Made by a program: the position numbers and the translations under genes. This document shows, in pieces, positions 38,177 to 47,000 of a stretch of DNA of 64,000 bases. The notes below the pieces were generated by a model. The model saw only the letters and a list, made by a program, of their open reading frames with translations, made no database searches and was not told the origin of the DNA. The first letter of the stretch is position 1. Every line of letters begins with the position of its first letter. Source of the stretch: Polyangiaceae bacterium (lineage in GTDB: Bacteria; Myxococcota_A; Polyangia; Polyangiales; Polyangiaceae); contig CBDCTZ010000014.1 of the NCBI GenBank assembly GCA_965222375.1, forward strand, positions 1,152,001 to 1,216,000. The letters run 5' to 3'.

Positions 38177-38629
38177 TCAGGCGCCGCCTTCTCCTTCCGG
38201 AGTGTCCCCGCCGGCGTCGTCCTTCTTGCCCTTCTTCTTACCTTTGGCTTCGGCCTTGTCATTTGGCGCGTCGCCGACGTTGAGTTCGACCTCACCGAAC
38301 ATCACCTGCATCTTGCCTTCGCTCTGCAGTTTGACCTCGAGGGTCTTGGCGCGAATTACGGTGTTGTCTTTGATCGAGCCCGAAAGGCTCACGGTGTCCG
38401 CATCGAATTCGCCCGCCAGCTCCCCTTCGCTGCGTAGCTCACCGACTTGGACCTTGCCGTGAACGGCACCGCTCGGGCTCACCGACAAGGCAGGCGTGTC
38501 GAGTTCGCCATCGACGCGACCCCGAACCATGATCGGGCAGCTCGAAGAGAGGGTGCCCTTGAGATTGGTGCCCTCCTCGATGAGGGTTTGCTTGTTGGTT
38601 CCTGCGTTCCCGCCAAATGAATTGGTCAT
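38177..38629 (-). CDS. Bactofilin (polymer-forming cytoskeletal protein)
   Basis: TLIEEGTNLKGTL...VRGRVDGEL...VSPSGAVHGKV...GELAGEF beta-helix pattern. Confidence 0.88.
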   Translation of the reverse strand: MTNSFGGNAGTNKQTLIEEGTNLKGTLSSSCPIMVRGRVDGELDTPALSVSPSGAVHGKVQVGELRSEGELAGEFDADTVSLSGSIKDNTVIRAKTLEVKLQSEGKMQVMFGEVELNVGDAPNDKAEAKGKKKGKKDDAGGDTPEGEGGA

Positions 38630-38657
38630 AATTGCAATCTCACCCTTCTTCTCTGCT

Positions 38658-39884
38658 TTATCTGCCGCGCGCGCGCAGGATCTTCATTCGCAACGAGCAG
38701 CCTGGAGCGAAGGCGAACTGCGTCCGCTCCTCCGCCTGCTCGACGGCGCCAACGACGGCGCCTTGTTCACTGACAACCAGGAGCCTGGGGCCAATGATGC
38801 CTGGGCTCTGACGTTCGAAAAAACGACCGTGGATCGTGATGTTGCCCAGGCCGGTGATGGTGCACTCGCTGAGCACTCCGGCTTCTCCGATGACCAGATT
38901 CGTGCCCTCGCTCAGCGCGATCTTGCATTTTTCGAAGCGGCTATCGATCTCGACGTCCGACCCCGCTCCGAACTCGAGGGAAGCGTCACGAAGCACGTCG
39001 CCCTCCCCGAAGTAGCGGGTCGTGCTCGGGATCGCTGCGCTCTTGCCGGCGAGGAATGCGGCAATGTCGTCCCCCGTCACCCGCTTGGTACCCGTGCCCT
39101 CGGGACTGCTGTCGATCCAGCCGGCGGTCATGCCGTCGAACTTCCCCGTCCTGGTCTGGGCACTGAACAGTTTTGCTCCGGTCAGGTCGGCGCCGGAGAG
39201 CTTGGTGTCCGAGAAGTTGGCGTGGCGACCGTCGATGTCTTTGAGGTTGCAGCCTTCGAAGGACGCCGAGCGCAGATTGCTGCGGAGAAGCGAGGCGCTT
39301 TCGAAGTTGGCGCCAGGGGCCTTGGCTTCGGCCAGCTCCGCGTCGCTCAGCGTGGCCTGGCTGAAGTTGGCTTCCTCCAGGTTAGCGGAGCTGAGGTCTG
39401 CGTTGCTCAGATCGGCTCCGCTCAGGTTGGCGCCACCCAAATAGGCCTCGACCATCTCCGCGTGGGCCAGCACCGCCCGTTCCAGTACGGCCTTCCCCAT
39501 CTCTGCGGAGTCGAGCTGAGTGTTGGTCAAGTTGGCTGTGGCCAGTACGGTTTCGGTCAGCTTGGCTCCCTCGAGGGTCGCGCGGTTCAAGTTGGCGCTC
39601 GTCAGGTTCGCCTTGGAGAGATTCGCTCCTTCCAGATCGGCTTTCTCGAGGTTGGCACCCGTCAGCGTTGCTCCTGCCAGGAAGGCCTCCCGCAGACTGG
39701 CGTTCTTGAACTTCGCGTTGTCGAGCTGGGAGCCTTCGAAGTTGACGCCGTCGAGGTCTGCGCGGCTGAAATCCACGCCGGTGAGATTGGCCTTCGATAG
39801 GTCCAAACCGTTCAGCTCTTCCCGGGCGAGGCTCTGGCCCTTTTGGGCCCGCGCCAGCACTTCCTCCCGTGTCAATTCCGCCAT
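38658..39884 (-). CDS. Pentapeptide-repeat protein with C-terminal bactofilin-like domain
   Basis: Long A-N/D-L-x-x repeat tract over about 250 aa, then LVIGEAGVL...ITIHGRF...LVVSEQGAVVGAV. Confidence 0.85.
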   Translation of the reverse strand: MAELTREEVLARAQKGQSLAREELNGLDLSKANLTGVDFSRADLDGVNFEGSQLDNAKFKNASLREAFLAGATLTGANLEKADLEGANLSKANLTSANLNRATLEGAKLTETVLATANLTNTQLDSAEMGKAVLERAVLAHAEMVEAYLGGANLSGADLSNADLSSANLEEANFSQATLSDAELAEAKAPGANFESASLLRSNLRSASFEGCNLKDIDGRHANFSDTKLSGADLTGAKLFSAQTRTGKFDGMTAGWIDSSPEGTGTKRVTGDDIAAFLAGKSAAIPSTTRYFGEGDVLRDASLEFGAGSDVEIDSRFEKCKIALSEGTNLVIGEAGVLSECTITGLGNITIHGRFFERQSPGIIGPRLLVVSEQGAVVGAVEQAEERTQFAFAPGCSLRMKILRARGR

Positions 39885-39903
39885 TCTTGCTCCACTTCGC
39901 TTG

Positions 39904-41310
39904 TCACGACTTCTGCGCCTTCTGTGCTGCCTCGAGGTACTGATAGATTGCGATCACCTTCCGCTCGAAGGGCAGGCGCTCGAGCTCGTTGACCAAGTCC
40001 ACCGCGCCGAGCCGCGCCAAGACCAGGTTCACTCGCAACAGGGTGTCGGTTCGACGCTTGCGCGCTTGTCGGCGATCTTTGGCCGCGTCCGCCGACCAGC
40101 CTTTCTGGCCGCGCTCGTAGGCCTCATTCGCTGCCTGGAGCTCGCGGCTGAGACTGGCGAGTTCATCCAGCTCCGTGGGCCGTTTGGCGTCCGGGGGCAC
40201 AGAGTCGTGTTTGGTTTGGTACGACGCGAAACGCTGACAGATGTCCTCGCAAAGCAGAAGATTCAGTCCCGTTGTCTCAGCGATCTCTTGGGGCCGCGCC
40301 TGCAGGAAGATCTTCAGGCTGTTGAGCCCAGCCGCGTAAATCTTGTCGAGGGCCACTTCGCGTACTCCCGGCACCTGCCGCAACAAGGATTGCACGATGA
40401 TGGGCTCACGACGGTCACGTTCGACCCCGGCTTCGTAAACATCCGGCAGTTCTTTGGCGAGGGCGTTATAAGCGTCGACGATTTCGGTCTTCCGGTCGGA
40501 CTCGATCTTATTGCCGTCCGCGCTTTGGGCAGCTTGCAGCACGTCGTTCAGGCGGTCCAAAGGTGCGATGATGGTGGTCACGCCCATGTTGTCGGCCGAC
40601 TTCTTGAGGGTCGCGACGGCCGGCAAACACACGCTGAGCCATTCCTTGGTCGGATCGCCCATGTCGATTTCAACCATGAAGTCACGCACGGGACCGAGCT
40701 GGGTCACCGCGATCTCCTTGAATAGCTTTTCGACTGCCGCGACATCGGCGCTCGTTGGCTCGCTGTGCGTCTGCGTCTGCGGCTCGGCGCCGACGTCGGA
40801 CAGGATCGCATCGAAGCCTTGCTCCAGATCGGCCCACTCCATTTCGAGATCGGCTTTGCTGGGTACGTCGTTTGGCTCGGCAGCAGGCTGGCCGAAGGCG
40901 GGAGCTTTGGGACGTTGAGACGCAGGGGGCCGCCCACTCTTTCGCGCGGAGGGAGGCGGCGGTGGTTGGCTCTTGGCTGCGTGTTTGGGAATTGTTCCGG
41001 GAGCGAAAGCACTCGGCTCCGTGGCGGTCGCAGCCGACCCGGTCACACTCGCGAGGGCTTCGGACATGGAAGTCGGCGGCGGCTCGTCCTTGGTTTGCGC
41101 GACGGACCTGACCTGCGCGGTTCCGCCTCGTCCTTTCGCGGAGCTCTTTGCCGACCGGTTGGATTTCGGCGCGATCTGTTTGGAGTAGCTACCCGGGCCG
41201 GCGCTCACGAGTGGGCCACCGCACTCCACGCAGAATCTTGCGTCGTGCAATACAGTTGCACCGCAGGTCGGGCAGAGTTTCGTCTGAGTGGTGCTCACCG
41301 GGCACTCCAT
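39904..41310 (-). CDS. Zn-ribbon / helix-hairpin-helix domain protein
   Basis: CPTCG...FCVECG; Pro-rich linker; LRQVPGVREVALDKIYAAGL...EIAETTGL HhH-like motif; coiled C-terminus. Confidence 0.75.
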   Translation of the reverse strand: MECPVSTTQTKLCPTCGATVLHDARFCVECGGPLVSAGPGSYSKQIAPKSNRSAKSSAKGRGGTAQVRSVAQTKDEPPPTSMSEALASVTGSAATATEPSAFAPGTIPKHAAKSQPPPPPSARKSGRPPASQRPKAPAFGQPAAEPNDVPSKADLEMEWADLEQGFDAILSDVGAEPQTQTHSEPTSADVAAVEKLFKEIAVTQLGPVRDFMVEIDMGDPTKEWLSVCLPAVATLKKSADNMGVTTIIAPLDRLNDVLQAAQSADGNKIESDRKTEIVDAYNALAKELPDVYEAGVERDRREPIIVQSLLRQVPGVREVALDKIYAAGLNSLKIFLQARPQEIAETTGLNLLLCEDICQRFASYQTKHDSVPPDAKRPTELDELASLSRELQAANEAYERGQKGWSADAAKDRRQARKRRTDTLLRVNLVLARLGAVDLVNELERLPFERKVIAIYQYLEAAQKAQKS

Positions 41311-41862
41311 GTCCGCCTCGAGACGAGGCGGTGCAGGGCCTTGTCAGACTAACGCAGAGATCGGCGATTTTCAGAAGCCTTTTGCGGGGATGGCGCACTG
41401 GAGCAGAAGCACGAGGGCTGCTTGACCGAGAGTTCACGCCAGATCCGAGGTTGCGACGCGCCGCGCCAGAACTCCAGAAGGTGTCCCAGGACGTGCGGAT
41501 CTCGGACTTGACTTTGCGGCGCGGGCCGGTCCTTTGCGGGCGACGCGGCGGTCGCTCAATGGGCGCGTGCGCCGCCGGGCCTCGGTGGCGGCCTCGATTC
41601 TGAGCCCCGGGGCCGCCTCGGCCCCGGGACAAGCCACGAGATTAGGGATGAAAGGAGCCCCGCGCTCGACCCCCAAAAACCAAGCAGGGCCCTTCATGGT
41701 AAAGCCCTTGAAGATTGGCGCTCGACCGCGGCGTGCGTTTGCTGCGCGTTGCCCCGGGCGCAGAAAATGCGGCAGCTTGGCGACGCCGAGACGGGATGCC
41801 CTCAAGGCTCTCGTGCCGCAGGAGACGTGGCATCGCGCCGGGTTCGTGGCACATTCTCGGGC

Positions 41863-43095
41863 GTGAAACCGCACCTACTGATCGCACCGCCCCAAGCTCG
41901 TCGCCGTTTCCTGCAAAACGGGCTTGCGGGCCTAGCGGCACTGATGGCCAAGCCCGCGCTGGTTGCCTGCAGCAGCGAGGATGACACCAAGACCCCTTCC
42001 GGTTTGCCGAAGCCGCCGAAGCTCGCGTCGAACCTCGGCGCGATTGGTCCGTTGGGGCCCGCGGATGCCGACGGGGTTCGACTCCCGGATGGGTTTTCCG
42101 TTCGCAAGCTCGCGACCAGCGGCGAAAAGCCCCTGGCTGACAAGGACTACGTCTGGCACCAGTTCCCGGACGGTGGCGCCACCTTCGCCACAGAAGATGG
42201 TGGTTGGGTCTACGTCTCGAACTCGGAATTCCCCTTCACGGGCGGAGTGGGAGCTCTTCGCTTCGACAAGGAGGGTGAATTGGTCGACGCTTACCCGTTG
42301 CTCGAGAATACCAACGTCAACTGCGCTGGCGGGAAAACGCCTTGGGAGACCTGGCTGTCATGCGAGGAGGTCGCCCTGGGCAAGGTCTACGAATGCGACC
42401 CAATGGGCAAGAAGGATGCCGCGGAGTCCATGGCGCTTGGCGTGTTCAAGCATGAAGCCGTCGCGATCGATCCGGACACAAATACGCTCTACCTGACTGA
42501 AGACGAAAAAGATGGTCGCTTCTATCGTTTCACGCCCACCAGCCCCAACCCCGGTGGCCGTGCGGACCTGAGTGACGGCGTGCTCGAGGTGATGGAGCAA
42601 AAGCCGGACGGTAGCGTCATCTGGCATCCCCTGCCCGAACCTCAGTTCACCGGTAAGCTAGCCACCCGCGAGCAAGTTGCCGAGAGCACGGCGTTCAACG
42701 GTGGCGAAGGGATCTTCTACTTCGACCGCGTGGTCTACTTCTCGACCAAAGGCGACAACCGCGTGTGGGCGCTGCACTTGGACACCCAAACGCTAGATGT
42801 GCTCTACGACGCCGCGACCGCGGCGGACCCAATTCTGACCGGTGTGGACAACCTCACGGGCACATGCTGCGGTGACATTCTCGTTGCCGAAGACGGTGGC
42901 GACATGCAGATCGTCGCCATCATGACCGACGGCACGCTGAAGCCTCTGGTTCAGATCGAAGGGCAGGACAAGTCCGAGATCACCGGGCCGGCCTTCGACC
43001 CTTCGGGCACGCGTCTCTATTTCAGTTCCCAGCGGGGCATGAAGAGCGCAGGGTTCACCTACGAAGTGACCGGGCCCTTCCATATTCCGGCTTGA
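41863..43095 (+). CDS. phoX: PhoX-family (DUF839) alkaline phosphatase, Tat lipoprotein
   Basis: RRRFLQ Tat motif and LVAC lipobox; NCAGG.TPW.TWLSCEE, GVFKHEA, YLTED, DNL, AEDG, SEITGPAF. Confidence 0.88.
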   Translation: MKPHLLIAPPQARRRFLQNGLAGLAALMAKPALVACSSEDDTKTPSGLPKPPKLASNLGAIGPLGPADADGVRLPDGFSVRKLATSGEKPLADKDYVWHQFPDGGATFATEDGGWVYVSNSEFPFTGGVGALRFDKEGELVDAYPLLENTNVNCAGGKTPWETWLSCEEVALGKVYECDPMGKKDAAESMALGVFKHEAVAIDPDTNTLYLTEDEKDGRFYRFTPTSPNPGGRADLSDGVLEVMEQKPDGSVIWHPLPEPQFTGKLATREQVAESTAFNGGEGIFYFDRVVYFSTKGDNRVWALHLDTQTLDVLYDAATAADPILTGVDNLTGTCCGDILVAEDGGDMQIVAIMTDGTLKPLVQIEGQDKSEITGPAFDPSGTRLYFSSQRGMKSAGFTYEVTGPFHIPA

Positions 43096-43119
43096 GTCTC
43101 GACTGCGCCCGTGGGGCGC

Positions 43120-44031
43120 TCACCTGTCCGCGGGCAGAGCGTCTTTGCAGCATCGGAATCCGGTGCTGTAGTCGTAGTAGTCCGCTGAATGGATATCGAT
43201 ACGGGCGTCACAGCCCCAGGGCATCTCGCGGGCGTAGAAGCCACCCAAGAACGTGCCCCTGGGGTCGTCCACCCATTCGTCCAAGTTGCCGACCATGTCG
43301 TAGGCGGCGTCGTCGCCCCAGCGGCTCGCGCAGTCGTCCAGGCTTCCGGTGTTCATCAAGAGCGCGAAGCCGTGGTCTTGGATCGTGCTGAGTCTGGGGT
43401 CGGTCCCGCCAAACTCCCCCGGCGAGTGCAACACACTGGCGGGGTGCAGCCTGCGGCTGACGTTGCAGCGGGCCGGCTCGTATTTGTCGCCGTAGGGCTG
43501 ACGTGTGCCCGCGGCGCCGCGACAGGCGGTCAACCACTCCACGTGGCTACACAGTCGCTTGCCTGCAGCCGCGCAAGCTTTGCGCGCGACGTAGAGGTCC
43601 ACGTACGCCGACGGCGTCAGCCCAGGCCGGGACAAGGCAATCGGCGAAAAAGATTCTGCCTGTTGGAACGCCGGCAAGTCCGGAAGTGGCATTGAACGCA
43701 ACGCGTGCGGCCCAGTTCGCTTGCGTCGCTTCTGCCAGTCCGCGGCATCTCGGCGAGCCAGGAGGGGGTTGGCAGAGTAATAGGGTGAGGCCAGTTTGCC
43801 GCTGCTTTTGTCGGCGATCGCGGCTTCATGGCGATCCACGCAGTACTGGTTACGTATGGATACCATGTCGGCCGGGCAGGGCGGCGCGTGCGCCTTCTTG
43901 AGACCTGCTGCGCGACCGCGAAAGGCGAACGCACCATTCGCCGGACTCGGCGTGGCAGACACAGCCTGCGTGCCAATCAGTGCAGCTGAAACGGTGACGG
44001 CTGCGCTTGCGGCGGCGAGTTCGCGACGCAT
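43120..44031 (-). CDS. FGE-sulfatase (SUMF1/EgtB/PvdO) domain exported protein
   Basis: CPADMV, YCVDRHEA, GKRLCSHVEW, YDMVGNLDEW, GFRCC. Confidence 0.85.
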   Translation of the reverse strand: MRRELAAASAAVTVSAALIGTQAVSATPSPANGAFAFRGRAAGLKKAHAPPCPADMVSIRNQYCVDRHEAAIADKSSGKLASPYYSANPLLARRDAADWQKRRKRTGPHALRSMPLPDLPAFQQAESFSPIALSRPGLTPSAYVDLYVARKACAAAGKRLCSHVEWLTACRGAAGTRQPYGDKYEPARCNVSRRLHPASVLHSPGEFGGTDPRLSTIQDHGFALLMNTGSLDDCASRWGDDAAYDMVGNLDEWVDDPRGTFLGGFYAREMPWGCDARIDIHSADYYDYSTGFRCCKDALPADR

Positions 44032-44082
44032 GTTGGTGCTATTGTAGCCGCGCAGTAGCGGTTTCGGCCAAACGGAAAAGCC

Positions 44083-44544
44083 ATGAGCACGATGGACACG
44101 CCCATATCTGAAGTCATGACCACTTCCGTGACGACCATTCCGCCAACCATGGCCGTGAAGGACGCCGTCCAGCTGATGTTGGGGCAGGGGGTGCTGGGTT
44201 CACCAGTCGAGGACGCGGCTGGCAAGATCGTCGGCGTCTTTTCCATGACTGACGCACTGTGGGCTGCTCAGCATGAGGAGGCGAATGACACCGAGAACAG
44301 TTTCTACGAGGCGAGCGCCCTGCTGCACCTGATCCGCAACAAGGCGCCCGTGGACAGGGACGAGCTCCCAGTCAGCACGTTGATGAACGAGCGCGTCGTG
44401 TCTCTCCCGCCCGAGGCCAGCATCAAGGACGCAGCGGCATTGATGGCTGAGCGCCGAATTCACCGGGTTCTGGTGGTGGACGAGAGCCACAAGCTGCGGG
44501 GGATCGTGACTGCTCTGGACGTATGCCGCCACGCTTCTTCCTGA
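44083..44544 (+). CDS. CBS-pair protein
   Basis: ISEVMTTSVTTI, GKIVGVFSMTD, IHRVLVVD...GIVTALDV. Confidence 0.9.
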   Translation: MSTMDTPISEVMTTSVTTIPPTMAVKDAVQLMLGQGVLGSPVEDAAGKIVGVFSMTDALWAAQHEEANDTENSFYEASALLHLIRNKAPVDRDELPVSTLMNERVVSLPPEASIKDAAALMAERRIHRVLVVDESHKLRGIVTALDVCRHASS

Positions 44545-44595
44545 CCGCCGGGCCCTTTATTTTCTAACTCGGTCGCCTCTGGGTATGGTGCCCCC

Positions 44596-46230
44596 GTGAT
44601 CCGGGTGGGTTTGAGCGTGTTCGTGCTGGCGCTGTGCGCTTGCGACGACCCCCCTGCAGGGACCAAGGTCGTGCCGCCGGCGTCTGCTACGGCGGGAGGC
44701 AGCCGGGGCGCGAGTGCGGGTCGGGTTGCCACGAGTGCGTCGTCACCGGCCGCCGCCAGCGCGAAGCCGCCGCCGCCCGAGCCCGCGGCATGCCCGCCCG
44801 AGATGGCCCTGGTCGAAAACCGAGTCTGTGTGGACCGGTGGGAGGCCAGTCTGGTGGACGAAGATGATCGCCCGCACTCGCCCTACCACTCCATCAGGGC
44901 CAAGAAGGTGCGCGCGGTCAGCAAGTCCGGCGCGGTGCCTCAGGCATACATTGCAGCGGGCGAATCCCAAGCAGCTTGCAAACGCGCGGGCAAGCACCTT
45001 TGTACCACTGAGGAATGGCTGCTCGCCTGCGAGGGCCAGGCCCCAGGTAAGCGCACGTTTCCATACGGCGCCAAGCGAAAGAAGGGTGCTTGCAACACGG
45101 CGCGAAGAGAACACCCGGTGACTCGGGTGTTCGGCAAGCACTTGACGGATAGCGTTTCTCTCAACAGCCCGCGGCTGAACCAGCTTGACGATACCGTGGC
45201 GAAGACCGGCGAGTTTTCGGACTGTGTCTCGCCCGACGGCGTTTACGATCTGGTCGGAAACCTGCTCGAGTGGACTCGAAGCACCTACGTTCGCCCCCTC
45301 GCCATGGGTGGTTTCTATCTGGACGAGACCACGAACGGAAAGGGCTGCGCCTACGTTACATCAGCGCACGGGCCCGAATACCACGACTTTGCGACGGGCT
45401 TTCGCTGCTGCAAGAAGCCGGACCCCGAGGCCCTCGCGCGCTTGACCAAGAAGGGCGGCGGCGCGTCGCCTTCGCCTTGGAAAGAGTCGGAAAAGGACCG
45501 AGATCCTCCGGGCATGCGGGGCTTCGTACGCGCGATGGGGAAGCTGCCCCGGGTGAAGCCGCCGCCCTACGAGCCAGCGGATGCCCGCTGCCCGGTGGAC
45601 ATGGTGCTCGCGTCGGGGCTGCGCTGTGCGGTGCCCAAGCAGCGCTGCAAGCGTTGGCTGTCTCGGCGTTCCGCGGGGCAGAAGATCTCCTGCGCGGAGT
45701 TCGCGGAGCCGACGGAGTGTTCCGGCCCGAAGCGCAAGATGACGTTCTGCATCGATCGCTACGAGTTTCAGCCCGACGGCTACCGTTATCCGTTGACTCA
45801 CGTCAATTGGACCGAGGCGCAGAATCTGTGTTTGAAGATGGACAAGCGCCTGTGTTTCGAGGACGAGTGGGAATTCGCTTGCGAGGGGGAGGCTGCGCTT
45901 CCCTATCCCTACGGGTACGTACGGGATGGCAAGAAGTGCAATCACGACTTCCCTGAAGAGCAACTCGTGACGGCTCCGGACGTTTTCATCGACCGCCGGG
46001 TGGCCAAAGATGCGCTGCCGGGCTGCAGAAGTCCCTTTGGCGTTTTCAACATCGTGGGAAACGTCGACGAGTGGACGACTCGGTACAACCGCAAGCGACC
46101 CAGGCGTTCGATCCTGCGAGGCGGATGGTGGTTGGTCGGGCGCAATCGGTGTCGTGCTGCCACGGACAACCACAGCGAGATCTATGCAGGCATGCAGACG
46201 GGTTTTCGCTGCTGCAAGGCGGCACGCTGA
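44596..46230 (+). CDS. Lipoprotein with two FGE-sulfatase domains
   Basis: Lipobox ALCAC; two copies of C.DR.E / KRLC..EW / GN..EW / GFRCC. Confidence 0.85.
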   Translation: MIRVGLSVFVLALCACDDPPAGTKVVPPASATAGGSRGASAGRVATSASSPAAASAKPPPPEPAACPPEMALVENRVCVDRWEASLVDEDDRPHSPYHSIRAKKVRAVSKSGAVPQAYIAAGESQAACKRAGKHLCTTEEWLLACEGQAPGKRTFPYGAKRKKGACNTARREHPVTRVFGKHLTDSVSLNSPRLNQLDDTVAKTGEFSDCVSPDGVYDLVGNLLEWTRSTYVRPLAMGGFYLDETTNGKGCAYVTSAHGPEYHDFATGFRCCKKPDPEALARLTKKGGGASPSPWKESEKDRDPPGMRGFVRAMGKLPRVKPPPYEPADARCPVDMVLASGLRCAVPKQRCKRWLSRRSAGQKISCAEFAEPTECSGPKRKMTFCIDRYEFQPDGYRYPLTHVNWTEAQNLCLKMDKRLCFEDEWEFACEGEAALPYPYGYVRDGKKCNHDFPEEQLVTAPDVFIDRRVAKDALPGCRSPFGVFNIVGNVDEWTTRYNRKRPRRSILRGGWWLVGRNRCRAATDNHSEIYAGMQTGFRCCKAAR

Positions 46231-46335
46231 ATTCATCTGTCATTCTGTCATTGCACGACCCCAGCTTGGCCTTAGGCGTCGTCAGTTTGGCGCGAGCCCG
46301 GGATTGGCGCGGGTTTTTTAGACGGGTTTCCGGGG

Positions 46336-46351
46336 TGGCCCGCCTCTTGCT
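46336..46351 (+). promoter_or_regulatory. Putative sigma54 promoter
   Basis: TGGCCCGcctcTTGCT, GG-N10-GC, followed by RBS GAAGGAG and ATG 46390. Confidence 0.6.
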
Positions 46352-46389
46352 CAGTGGCTTCTCGCGTACGGAACGAAGGAGCCAGTTAT

Positions 46390-46695
46390 ATGATGCAAAT
46401 GGAAGAACTCGAGCAGCTGTCCACGGAGCTGTTCAGCCGCGGTTGGTATCAGAGCGGCGAGCGCTTGGTCGCGCCCAACGGGACGCTATGGTTGCCCATG
46501 CATGGCATGCGGTGGCTGAGTCTGGACGGACTGCAGCGAGAGGCCGCGCAACGGCTCCGCCGCCGCAAGCGGGGCCGCAAAGCATTCGAAAACCGATACG
46601 ACGCATTCTGTGCGATGGACGACGCCGAGAGCCTCTTGGATGCCATCGCGCCCGTGCTGGAAAGCCGGTGGCCGGTGCTGGCAAACGCGAGCTGA
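46390..46695 (+). CDS. Small hypothetical protein
   Basis: RBS GAAGGAG, upstream sigma54 motif, 101-aa ORF. Confidence 0.6.
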   Translation: MMQMEELEQLSTELFSRGWYQSGERLVAPNGTLWLPMHGMRWLSLDGLQREAAQRLRRRKRGRKAFENRYDAFCAMDDAESLLDAIAPVLESRWPVLANAS

Positions 46696-46794
46696 AGCAT
46701 GGCCTGCGTCGCCCTTGCCAATCCCTCCACCCTGCGGCGCCAGAAGCTTGACGCCTCGGGCAGGTGCACTCGGGCAAAGCCCGGGATTTTGGGT

Positions 46795-46810
46795 TGGCAA
46801 AGGGATTGCA
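46795..46810 (+). promoter_or_regulatory. Putative sigma54 promoter
   Basis: TGGCAAAgggaTTGCA, GG-N10-GC, 15 nt before ATG 46826. Confidence 0.5.
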
Positions 46811-46825
46811 AAGACCTCAACTGTC

Positions 46826-46990
46826 ATGAATAAAAGCGACCAATCCGTTACTTGCACCATCCCCCTTCCGGACGAAGCGCACGACACTTGGTTGGACCAA
46901 CTCAGCCCCTCGCAGTCGTCGTTTCCAGACGAAGTCATTCTGCCGCCACCCCCTCGCTGGGACGACGAACTCGAAGTCGAGAGCTGGTGA
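46826..46990 (+). CDS. 54-aa acidic Pro-rich microprotein
   Basis: MNKSDQSVTCTIPLPDEAHDTWLDQL...PPPPRWDDELEVESW; own sigma54-like motif. Confidence 0.45.
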   Translation: MNKSDQSVTCTIPLPDEAHDTWLDQLSPSQSSFPDEVILPPPPRWDDELEVESW

Positions 46991-47000
46991 TCTCCCGTTC

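Noticed and set aside
41320..41860. Short ORFs in the divergent gap before phoX
   Set aside because: Several overlapping Arg/Pro-rich frames, none with a convincing RBS or motif
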